A stretch of DNA of 52,093 nt from Mitosporidium daphniae (Eukaryota): NCBI RefSeq assembly GCF_000760515.2, contig NW_013546600.1:1-52093 (forward strand). Direction: 5' to 3'. The notes under the pieces were generated by a model. The model ran no database searches. It saw only the letters and a program-made list of their open reading frames with translations, and was not told where the DNA came from. Numbering within the stretch: position 1 is the stretch's first letter; every line of letters begins with the position of its first letter. This document shows positions 12,088 through 22,937 of the stretch, in pieces. A program made the position numbers and the translations under genes.

Positions 12088-12589
12088 ATGTCTGTTGCCA
12101 GTGTTAATGCAGAAAATGTTTCCAATCTTTCGGAGATAGAAAAACAATGGTCTGTCAAGGCAATGCAACATGCAGAGGTCTATTTCAAGCTAATCAACAA
12201 CACAAACCCCTCGACGCTTCGGCTAACGAGGTATTTTAGCTGATGCTCTGATTCTAGAATCGATGATGAGCTATATTCGGATTTTAGAAGCCATTTCCCC
12301 GATATGGATGTTGATCTTCTGACGCCTGAAGTGATAAATGCCACTCCCGCAATAAAAGAAAAATGGAGGAATTTCCTGATGCCCTATCAACATCGAATAG
12401 CCAACTTTAACTTTGGAACTCTTTTACGATTAAGCGCAGCGCACGATTATACGGAAAAAAACACGTATTTTGGTATCGTCAGTAAATAGCTAAATCGTAG
12501 TTACAAGGACGCAGTTTTATGCCATTGAAGTGGCCCGCAACCGAGAAGGCATCAATGAACGATATTTCCACAAAAATAAAAATTGCTAA
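12088..12589 (+). CDS. PBDC1: PBDC1/YPL225W-family protein (eEF1A co-translational chaperone family)
   Basis: Spliced: NLSEIEKQWSVKAMQHAEVYFKLI...LRLTRIDDELYSDFRSHFP...KEKWRNFL...FNFGTLLRL...VTRTQFYAIEVARNREGIN; two introns. Confidence 0.9.
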
Positions 12590-12613
12590 ATTTTAAATTT
12601 CGAGCAGCATATC

Positions 12614-12827
12614 ATGCCGTCTCCATGCACGTTTACCGGAGACCAGAAGGATGGTTAGTCGCCCGCATTGGCTCATTATTTTAGCGATGAGGGCATTGTC
12701 AGATGTGCTGTCCACCCGGCTAAATCACGACACTTTGGAGGCATGCGTTGAGCTTTGTGAGTTGGGCGTCAATCCAGAGGCGCTTTCTGCCCTGATCAAA
12801 GAGTTTTCGATCATCCAAAACTCGTGA
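12614..12827 (+). CDS. MZT1: Mitotic-spindle organizing protein 1 (MOZART1/GIP1), 60 aa
   Basis: Exon 12614-12653, 31-nt intron, exon 12685-12827 gives MPSPCTFTGDQKDAMRALSDVLSTRLNHDTLEACVELCELGVNPEALSALIKEFSIIQNS. GVNPEAL is the MZT1 signature. Absent from the ORF track. Confidence 0.88.
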
Positions 12828-13075
12828 AACGTACCAATGTATTTGGTATAGCATGGTTCCAATCGGTTGCGCAAATAAACACAACCCTGCACCCCTTTAC
12901 AATAAACACCCCAATGATGCGATGTGGACATGCTTGTTGGCATTTCTATTTGCTACTTTTTTGACTAATTGAATTTAAACCTAACCCCAACCCTGCCCAA
13001 CCTCAATGCGATCCCCAAAGTCCGGTGCATCCAATTCGATTTAAATTCACGTAACCATCCAAATTCGCCACTCTC

Positions 13076-14413
13076 ATGTCAGATTCTCCCATCTCTAAGA
13101 TCGAATCTCGCGGAAAATCAGACTACATATTTAAGCTTGCCTTCATTTCCAATTTTCTGGGCTTGATAGCCTTCTCTTTATATCATATCATAAGATTCGG
13201 CGGCTCCGATTTTTCCACTGCGATGCTTTTTTTCCAGCAATTACTGGTTTTTTTGGATCTAAATCCGAAGGCCATCGATGATGTTGTGTTCAAGGATTTC
13301 GGATTGCTCTTGAAAATCTTGCTTCCCGTAAACCTGCTATCTCTGATCCTTACCTTTCTATTTTTTTATTTATTCTACTTTTTCCCTGTTTTTTCATTTT
13401 GGTTTTCTGTTGTCACATCATTGCTTATTTCGCTGTGCGCGTCCGTATACTTTGCATTGTTTGAGAACTACCTTGCTTCTGGAGCTATTCTTCTCATTGT
13501 CTGTTTTTTTATTTTCCTATTAGCCCTGTACGGAAAAAACCACATAAAAGTGGCCTTTTTCTTCAAGAGCACGTTGTTTATACTTTACAAGGTCCGATGG
13601 ATTGTGGTCTTGCACTTGTCTTTGCTATTTATCCATGTGTTTCTTGCCCCTCTTTTGTTTTGTCCTACTGATCATTTACTGGACTCTCGCGAGAACATTT
13701 CCCTTTGGTCGTTTTCGTTTCAAATGGCTTACTTGAATTTTTCTAGCGGATGGATAGAAAGCTCCATCACGATTTTTGTGCAAATGGTATCCACCACACT
13801 GATATGCGGTCACCTTTATCCGCAAACGGGCACAACCTCCCTAACTAGCGCCTTCAAGCGATCTTTTAAATTGCATCTTGGGCCGATTTTCCAAATCTCG
13901 CTCATCTTGGCCATCATCAACACGATGCTTGGTTCGATCGGATTGGCCTCGGACTCCCTGTTAGCATATTGGATTTTTTTAATCATTGCGAGTTATCTCG
14001 ATCTATTCATCCGGATTATCGGCATAAATATCTCTCTATTAAATAAGGGAGTTTCAGGGGCTTCCTATGCAACGTTTGCTTTATTTAAAAGATGCCCAAA
14101 GCCCGTCATCAGCATTCTTCACTTGACTGTCTTGAGTAGTTTATGTCCGGTTTTATTTAGTCTTGTGATTACTGATACTGTGACCAATATATTTCACACC
14201 TACTCAAACGTTCCCGAGGAGTTTGTTCTTCTGGCTTCAATTATTCGCTGTAAAAGCTTGCTTGTGCTTAGCATGACGTTTTCAATAGTTTGTCTTTCTG
14301 TATATATTTTATATAAGAACGATAAAAATTGCATCCAACACTTGCCCGGCTATGATGAGCTTATGCTTCCCTTAAAGAAAGGTGCTAGCGAGGAAAAGGC
14401 TACCGCCATTTAA
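13076..14413 (+). CDS. Multi-pass membrane protein, probable divergent choline-transporter-like (CTL/Pns1) family
   Basis: About 10 hydrophobic segments; SAFKRSFKLHLGPIFQISLILAII resembles the CTL 'S.KRA...SFGSI..GSLI' motif. Confidence 0.55.
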   Translation: MSDSPISKIESRGKSDYIFKLAFISNFLGLIAFSLYHIIRFGGSDFSTAMLFFQQLLVFLDLNPKAIDDVVFKDFGLLLKILLPVNLLSLILTFLFFYLFYFFPVFSFWFSVVTSLLISLCASVYFALFENYLASGAILLIVCFFIFLLALYGKNHIKVAFFFKSTLFILYKVRWIVVLHLSLLFIHVFLAPLLFCPTDHLLDSRENISLWSFSFQMAYLNFSSGWIESSITIFVQMVSTTLICGHLYPQTGTTSLTSAFKRSFKLHLGPIFQISLILAIINTMLGSIGLASDSLLAYWIFLIIASYLDLFIRIIGINISLLNKGVSGASYATFALFKRCPKPVISILHLTVLSSLCPVLFSLVITDTVTNIFHTYSNVPEEFVLLASIIRCKSLLVLSMTFSIVCLSVYILYKNDKNCIQHLPGYDELMLPLKKGASEEKATAI

Positions 14414-14445
14414 ATAAACCTTGACGTTCAAATGTCGTTTATTAG

Positions 14446-15105
14446 TCACGTCCCGAATCGTTGGCTGATGCAAGAGTAGCGCTTAAAAGCTTGTAGCAGC
14501 ATATTGTTGTCGAGAACTTTGCACTTTTTGCAGCTAGGAAATTAAAAAAGCGGTCATTACAAAAACTCGGTAAACTTTATCAGTTGCGGCGGAATTCCAT
14601 CCAAGGTGAGAAACTGTTGGTTGGAAACGAATAGGTCAACGTCACAGCCAAGGTTGTGTCCAAAAACACTGGCAAAAGAGCTTCGGGTGGATCCTGAAAT
14701 GGCGGGAAGCTCGCTATGTTGTATTAATTCGTGTCCTTCATATGGCTTCCAAATGGAAATCAAAAGGCCTCGCCATGCCACTTGAAATTCGGGGGTGCAT
14801 AGTTTGCAAGACGCGGAGTCTTCAAGGATTCTCTGTCCGGGTTGAAAGCATTTCAACACAGACCGGTAGTCTTGGAGGGACGTGGTAAAGATTGAGAGCT
14901 TTTTAACTTCCGATGCATCTATCAAATACGTTAGAAGCCCCAAAAGATCACATTCGCACGTGTTTGAAATCAAGATGCCCAGATGCCTGGGATACTTTAC
15001 ACCGATGCTTTTAATGGATGCACAATTGCCGTATATTTTGGAAAAGAACGAGACAAGATCAAACAGGCCCACCAGAAAATACTTGTAGGATATCCTTAAA
15101 ATCAT
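14446..15105 (-). CDS. NUS1: Nus1/NgBR cis-prenyltransferase subunit, shortened and divergent
   Basis: PRHLGILI, DVDLFV...LDGIPPQLIKFTEF, and after one intron LQAFKRYSCISQRFGT* (C-terminal RxG motif). Confidence 0.8.
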
Positions 15106-15144
15106 GGGTCGTTGCAATTAATTTAAATTTTTACATTTCCCACA

Positions 15145-15769
15145 ATGGGACTACGAATCTCTAGCCCCCTGCTTCCAATTGAGGATCTTGAGGTGCTTTC
15201 CGCTTCGACAAAATGTAAATTGACCAGGCCCATTTTTAACCGTAGTGTCAAAAGAGCAAATCATTTCGCTTTACAAACGGTTTCAGCGGCTGGATAAGGA
15301 TGGATCCGGCACGCTGTCACAGCAAAAGTTGATGAACATCCCCGAATTTGCTATGAACCCATTGGCACCCAGACTGGTGGCCATTTTCCAACAAGCACAG
15401 GCCAACCGGCAATTTCCAGCCAACTCGTCGGACCAAATCGACTTTTTAACATTTGCTCGTACGTTGTCCCAATTTTCGGACACGGCAAGTCAAAACGATA
15501 GACTTGACCTGGCCCTGCGTATCATCGACTGCGATTGTGACAGCCATGTGTCGATCAAAGATATTTTCAACATTTTGAAGCTGATGGTGGGCGACCAAGT
15601 TCCTGACGCCGAGCTGACGCCGATCTCGGAGACTCTTTTCAGCGAATTGGTGTGTAAAGCCCGGGGCTCCAAATGTGATCAAAGCCCACTGTCAAAGGAT
15701 GAGTTTTTTTCCATTCTACTCGAAAGGCCTTCGTTGGACCTGTTAGCCTTGCCGATTTTACACGCTTAG
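15145..15769 (+). CDS. Calcineurin B-like / CHP EF-hand protein
   Basis: MGLRISS (myristoylation-type MG start) + intron + LSKEQIISLYKRFQRLDKDGSGTLS...IPEFAMNPLAPRL...LKLMVG. Confidence 0.85.
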
Positions 15770-15925
15770 AATAGACCTTAGATTAATAAACCACATGCAT
15801 CAATGAAGGGACATGCTCTGGCGCTTAGTTCCAAATCAACCGGGTTTATTTTGTATATTTGAAAGAGCACGTCATTGGGCCCATGGCGATGGTGACGATG
15901 GAAATGGTAGTGCAATAAGCCACCC

Positions 15926-18720
15926 CTATGTGTCTACAAACTTGATTTTTTTTGGTGGCGACAATACAACAGATGAAGAGCTCTCGACAGATGTTAAATT
16001 GCCGGTTTCGGCAGCACCGTCAGTATTTAAATCGGCAGATTCATCAGACTCGAAAAAGGCACTGTGTGATAGATCACAAGCATCCACAACAGATGCCTGG
16101 GAAAGAGGAGGTGTTGACATTTGACTGCTCAAATTGTTCTCATCCAAAGATGCTTCAGAAGAGGCAGCTTTGCACGAATTTGCTTTACTGGGGGGTGACA
16201 TGTTTACAAATCGAAAGGTAGGAACGGCTCTTTTACAGGAGGGCTCTATTGATCGGGTCCAAACGGGATCAATGTCGTCGATATCCTTTTTTTCTTGGAT
16301 ATTTAATGGAAGAAATCCTTCTTCTGGATCATAATCCGAGGCAAAGGTATTTTTTTCATCATCCTCTTGATCGCTGTCTCCGGATTCGTCCTTCAAGTTT
16401 GAAAAGAAAATGGTCTTTCCAAAAAACGGCACACAGGCGGCCAGGGACATGAATCGCTTATAAAATCTCCTGTTAAAGTAGGATTGCAAAAACAGATTAT
16501 CGGTTCTGCATCCCATTTCATCGAATAAATCGATGAGCGTGGAGCACAGCAAATCGTTTTTCTTTGACAACAATTCCAATATGTCGACAAGGGGGTCCAA
16601 AAGGGACCTCCCAAATTTGACAAGCAATCTATTGTAGAATTCATCGCCAAGCCCCACCATTTGCCGGAGAATGGAAAGGGCTCCCAATAGAGCCTTCTTG
16701 TTTTCAATGGTGGCATCGCCTCGAACCATCAGATATTTTGAAACGCCTTCGTTTAGTATTGCCGAGTTTAGCAGCAAGTACTTGAACCTGTACCCCTGGG
16801 TGGACACCAGCAAGCTTAAAAGCTGCAATAAAATGAAGTGTAGCTCGGATGCTTTATCGCCACACGAAGTGCACAGTGGTTCAAAAAGATGCGAAAAAAG
16901 AGTTGAAGAATAAATTTTTGAAAGAAACTCGTCATATTCGATCAGTTCTGGCGCTGAAGAGCCAAGGATAGTTTTTAGGCATTGATAGGATGTCCATTGT
17001 AGCCCAAGATCGTTCGTGCTTACCAATATCGTTACGATAGACGAAAGAATGGGAACCGTCGTTGAGCTTTTGCCACCGCTATTACCGCCGCCCTTTACGA
17101 CATATTCTCTTGATTGTGAAGGATAGAAATTGTAGACTCTTTGGAAGATTTCTAAAATACAATGGCCAAAAGTAGCATTGTCAGCACTTTCGCGGCAAAG
17201 CAGCTGTGCATCAATAAACAACAGAAGATCCGAGATCGATAGCAAGCGATAAAGTAGATGCTCCTTTCCCGTATTGGCAAGAACCCTTAACAGCTCATAA
17301 AGAAAGGTGACTATAGAAAAAGATGCCTTATCGCTGGGAGCCTTCAATTGGATGGATCTTGCAAGTAAACAACAAGCAAACACTTACATTATGGTTATCA
17401 GATCAGAGTCCTCCAGAAGAGCGGTGAAGATTTCTTCATACGACTCCTGAATGGATCTGTTTAATATCGAATATGTTTCTTCGGAAAAATATTTGCCACA
17501 CAAAATCGTGTCCCTGATAAATTGAGCTCTGAACGTTCTTTTCACCACGGAATCAAGCTTTGCGGTGGGGTGTCCCACGTCAGAGAATATGGAGGAGCCC
17601 CCTTCTCCCCTTTGATGTGCAGACTTTTGTGCTGCCAATTGGTGCCGAGTTGAGCCCGATGAAGGCGAGCCGGCATCTAAAAACTAAAAGCTAACGTCAA
17701 AAATACACTCAAAAATGGCACAAATATTTTTGAAATTCTCCTCTTTCAAAATAAAGTCCAAGCAATCGCCCAAAACCAGCGGAACGATTAATTTAAATAT
17801 CAGCGAGACCGTATTTAAATCTTTGGACTGCTCCAGCTCCTCCGCCGTGCGAAACACATCAAACAGAGACGAGATGTACGAACAATTCTAGATTGCTTTA
17901 GGGATCGAGTTTACATTGGATGACAGGGTTCTAGTGAGCCAAGACCGGTATACCCAAGACGAGGTTGGACAAAGCGCCTGTTCAATTAAATTTAAAATTT
18001 CGTCAAGTGAGCCTAAATTTGGAGATGGAAGCTCAAATTGAGAAATTGGAACGTTCTCAACATCTACTTGATGAGGCGCATCGGTTACCTGAAAAGGATT
18101 TGTCTGAATCTGCAGTGTCCGGATTATTTGCCATTTGTAGCGCCGTGATTTTGGCCCTTCATAAATTAGCGAATGCGAAGCAAGTACCAAAAATATTCAC
18201 ATCCGTTGGTATCCTCAAAGCTTAAAGCAAAATCGAAATCGGCCTCATCGGTCCATGCAATAATGGTTTCTTAGCGGCATAAGCAAAGAAATGAAATACC
18301 GTTTTCTTGTCGGTAAACAATATCCATTCCGATGATGGTTGAATAGAACACCTCGTGATCCTCCTCGCTTCTTACGGAGATGATATTTTCTCCCAGTTTC
18401 TAATGTTTAAAGGGTCCAGATAAAACCTCTGCATATGAGCAAACTCCTATTCCAATCTGCGTCCAGTTGTTGGAATCATCCAATTGAAAAACGATCGCTC
18501 TATAAAGATTTTCATCATGCAAATCTTCAAAGGCCGATGATGTGCACAAGTTGGGCGAAACAGGGGCTTTCCGTGGATTTTGATCTTCAATAGGATCGGC
18601 GCTCGAAAGTTTGCAAGACAGCGAATCGTCAGATGATGCCAATAGGACTCCTTGAGAGGCATCGCCAAGGGGTTCTTGTAATGAATCCAATTTGATACCT
18701 AAATTTTCATTGACATTCAT
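15926..18720 (-). CDS. PSY2: Protein phosphatase 4 regulatory subunit 3 (Psy2/SMEK)
   Basis: EVH1-like N-domain (RAIVFQLDDSNNWTQIGIG...YRQENETIIAW...FALSF), SMK-1 domain (FELPSPNLGSLDEI; RTFRAQFIRDTIL) and ARM region (GYRFKYLLL; LRQMVGLGDEFYNR). The start may instead be 18783. Confidence 0.85.
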
Positions 18721-18765
18721 AAATAGGCCGCACGTTTGTAAATTGTTTAAACAAAATTTAATTTC

Positions 18766-19374
18766 ATGCCCCCATTGCTGCATGTGATAGCGGAGGACCG
18801 CAAAGGCATGCCGCCCTCAGTTGTTCGCATTGTGCGAGGTAAGGCTTGCCATATAACCGGCCCACAAGATCTCAACGAGCTATTGACATCCGACATCAAA
18901 CCTTTGCAGGCAATTTCATATTCATTGGAGATTTCCGATGCTGCTCTTCCTTTTTGCACGATGTCAATTAAAATTTTTGAGGGTAATAAAAACAATGGCT
19001 TTTCAGTAGGGCTTCTTTCTGGCCTCGTTTTCAGATTCAAATTTGTATTCAAGCTGTCATATCCATATGATGCACCCAAAGTCTATTGCCTGAATGAAAG
19101 GGTACCTTTTTCAATGCATTCTCGTAGCGATTTCATCCAAACATCGATTCGGACACGGGGGCCGTTTGCCTGAACATACTTCGGCTAGATTGGAAACCCG
19201 TGCTTTCCATCAAATCGGTTGTCTTTGGGCTTTTGCTACTCCTATACGATCCATCTCCGGAGGATCCACTGGACAAAGGTAAATAGACTCTTGCAACTGG
19301 TAGATGCAGCTGCGCTCTTAAAAGCAGATCCGCTAAAGTTTTCGCAAATTGCCAAAAGTCATTTCCTGCAATAG
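18766..19374 (+). CDS. UBC12: NEDD8-conjugating E2 enzyme Ubc12
   Basis: Spliced: [11 protein letters not shown]...[52 protein letters not shown]; 4 introns. Confidence 0.82.
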
Positions 19375-19676
19375 ACGTCGTATGCAGTTATTTTGCATCA
19401 ATTTGAACGTCTATGGCTCTCGTGTCCACATATGTTGTTGTCAAACTGACCCACTAAGCGTTCAGGGAGAGGTATTTTATTGAAAATTTGGACATATCTA
19501 AGGTGCATAGTGTATAGATAGGCACACATCTCTGTTCCCCTTTGTTCCCATACTTATGGGCCTGTGGCTTAGTTAATTAAACCTGAAACCCCGATAGCTG
19601 TTGAGGTTTAGATGGACAAACACGCAAAGGGAGGATTGGTTGCATTGTGAGATGATAGGTAAATTTATTAGCCAAG

Positions 19677-22600
19677 TTAGTCGTCATCCGAAACTATAAA
19701 CCCATCGCCCTCATCGTAAGAGTCTGAGGCGTTTTGTGGCGGTTTTGTGGCTCGCTTTGGCTTAATGGTTTTCGCAGCTCTAGATTTGGCTGCACTCACA
19801 CCCTTTCCCTTGGAAGCCTTTGGTTTTATCATCTTATCTTTGACCAGGTCATTGGAAACTTCCTTGATCTCTTCATCATCTTCGGAGATATGTACGTCCT
19901 CAGTAGAAATAGCGTCCATTTGCACAGTACTTGCGGAGAGAGCGGCATTTTTCTTAACATCCGTAAGTGCATATGGCATTTGATGAAATTCCTTGTTGTA
20001 CCTAAAAAAAGAATCGAATTTCCAAATACTGCCGGGTTAGTGTGGATTTTACATTTGATGGGATATTGTTGGAAATGATGGAGGCATCATACTTTCCAAC
20101 CCCAAGCTCCATAATTGCATCGTAATCTTCCTTTGAGATTGTGTAGCGATCCAAATAGGCTATCACATCGCCAACGCCATTCTACAAAGTTTGACATTTA
20201 AAACGTACAACTCCCTTTTGGATTAACGTTGAGGCCATCAGAAAAACAAACGCCGGAAGGTATGCTTGTCGGATTTCCGATTTTCCACCCGTAACATGAA
20301 GGCATAGATGAATGGAGAGTTCTGTCAAAAGACGGTTGTTTTTTGTGCATTTCGAATTTTGCCCAAGCCAACTAGGGAAAGAGATCAACACGGTAAACAA
20401 AACCTTGCAAATTCGATTCGTCCACCCAACGAGCCGGAGCAATTAAAAGCCGGCACCACGCACGATAGAAAGCCATGAAAAGGAGCAAGGGTCCACAATT
20501 GATTTGCGCTTTCCATCGTTACAGAATGTCAATACTTACCCATGGATCCTGGCATCGACAATGTCTGATAATGAGAACGAGTCTGCTGCGGCACTAATTT
20601 TCTGCAAAGTTAAAAAATCGGCCTGTTTTTGCGATTTGGCATGCGGCAGTGTAGGCTTGCAGGCGACATAGTTTTCCTAAGTGGTTTTAATTTCGACCGT
20701 ACCTGCATCATTAGTGGGACCAATGAAGAATCGGTAAAATAGAGCTCAAGTAGCTGGTTGATCGATTTTGAGGAAAACGAGGAGCGGGACATCAACTCGC
20801 CAATCACATCAAAAGGCCCCTTTTCCGTATCCTTTTTAGAGAGTTCAGAGCTAAAGGTAAACCTGTGCCCACGCTTACTATGACTTGGCCTCATCGTAGG
20901 AGAGGGAATCTTTTGTTAACAGCCATGTGCTCAAGATATTCAATATTTGCCGCATATCCCCATGTGTGGACGAGACAAGTTGGTCGACGATGTTTGCGGA
21001 AATCGGTAGGTTTTGTTTTCGACAAATTTCCGAAATCCTTGGAGCAATTTGACGGGAATCCGGTCTAAGCAAGCAAGAAGGCGTGTCTTACCTTCGAAAT
21101 CGGATATCAAGACAGTAGTTGGCAAGAGAGCGCACTTTGATGCTCGATCTGTCATTACAAATACAAATGACGGGGATTTTTGTCTTTTTAAGCAGCACAA
21201 TCAATTCTGCCATGCCACCGCGATCTCCCGCGGACATCCCGTCAACCTCATCCATGATTAGAAGAATGCTTTTGAATGGGGTTTTTGAGCCAAAGGAGGT
21301 CGTATTGGTTATCATCGTCTTATTGTCAAGAAGATCTTGGACTTCATTCTAAAGCTTGTAAATGAAAGAATACTTTGAGGCTTTTTTTGCTCCTTGTATC
21401 GCTAGCATTGAGCTCTACCGCCATATAGCCCTCGATTTTTGCTACCAGATTTGCAGCGGTGGTCTTTCCGATGCCAGGAGGACCCGATATAAGCGCCGCC
21501 TTGAACGTGGCGCCCATGGGGCCTTTTCTTTTCCTAGCCCTTGTAATCAGCAACACCTACCATTCTTGAAGCCATTGCCGCAGCTTTTGAACCTGGGAGT
21601 TGTTCCCAACAAGCTCGGAAAGGTCTTTGGGCATGTATTTAAAGGTCCACATGAGCGAGCTAATGCAAAATGTATGTTGAAGCTTACTCCAAACAAGCAT
21701 CTGGGGCGCCTTTTTGAACTGGGGCTGACCTTTGCTTTGGAGGCTCTTTTTTGGCGCACATTGCAACATGGTCATCCTCGATCACTTCGCCATGCTCGGA
21801 ACGTCTTGGCATTGTTTGGATCAATTTATAAAACTGCTCCTCATTAAGCAGAGAAAGCCCAAGTTGCTTGGCCTTTTCAATCTTCCCAGGCCCCGGGTCA
21901 TCACCGACAACGATAAACGAAGTTTTTCCACTTGGGGCACTTGTCACCTTTCCTCCATATCGTTTCGATAGATCCTGAATCTCTTCTCTATTTAGTTGCG
22001 CAAAATTTCCCGTAAACACAAACGTCAATCCCTAAAAACATCAAGCATCACGAACCATACCAAAAGGCAGTTTTCTTTCCCCTCAATAGAAACCCCAGGA
22101 TGGCGAGCACAGTTTGAGGCTTGTTTACTGAGAAGCTGGAAATAGCTACAAGGTAAAAAAATACCCCTACTTGAAGGCCTTTTTTTCTCCAACAAGAATG
22201 GCCTCGACGCTTGTTGTTTCAATCTTAGGGACTCCCTCGGTAAAGAACGAAACAGGCTTGGGTTTTTTCGAAGAGGCGTGATGAAATGGCTTCACAATCT
22301 CCAAAAGCTCATTTTGATCATCTGAGGGGTTATTCGATGAATGGGAAGATCGTTCATGAGCCTCAAACTCATCATCCGAAGCCACCGTTCGTTTGGAAGG
22401 AAAAGATTTCAAAGCATCCGTTGAAGCTGTTCGTTGCTGGAGTACTTCAAGCTCATCATTGAGAATCCGGAGTTTGGATTTTTGCTCAATAATACTTTTC
22501 AATGCCTCTTTATCGGGGTCGTTAAGCATGTGGGACGTATCGATGCTCATCAAGTCGGCATCCAGATCTTCATCGTTAAAAATATCCCCAATCGATGGCT

Positions 22601-22854
22601 AGGTAAATAAAAAATAACGAATCTACAGGAGTGTATGACTTTTTGGTTGTCATTCTGCTTGACTTTCGAATGGAGGGATTGGCCTGTTCAGCAGGCAAGT
22701 TATCCAATTCAATTGTCTCAATGTCTTTGATGGTAGGCTCATCTTGTAAAGATGGCTTGACATCCTCCAAATAACCAGCACTTTTCTTAATGGATTCCTT
22801 TGTCCCAAAAAAGCTCCTCAAAGACTAAATGTCAAAATGGCACAAAAGTACCAT
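19677..22854 (-). CDS. RFC1: Replication factor C large subunit
   Basis: ATG + 27-nt intron (22825-22851) + SLRSFFG. Contains a BRCT domain ([35 protein letters not shown]), Walker [36 protein letters not shown] and SLVPLMMQ. More than 10 introns. Confidence 0.95.
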
Positions 22855-22937
22855 CAGAAAGGAACAGGCCGTCGGTTAATGCAATTTCCGAATTGATTAA
22901 TTAAAGTTTAATGGGCTTAATTTTACAATTTTTTTTA

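Noticed and set aside
8618..12589. Functional translation cluster (PheRS-alpha, GluRS, PBDC1)
   Set aside because: Housekeeping translation genes are abundant in reduced genomes, so adjacency is expected by chance without synteny evidence.
18721..18783. Overlapping starts of PSY2 (18783) and UBC12 (18766)
   Set aside because: A downstream ATG at 18720 preceded by the typical AT-rich tract is the more likely PSY2 start, which removes the overlap.
19525..19545. U6-like ACAGAGA on the minus strand
   Set aside because: Not followed by AGAUUAGCAUGG or the U6 internal stem-loop.
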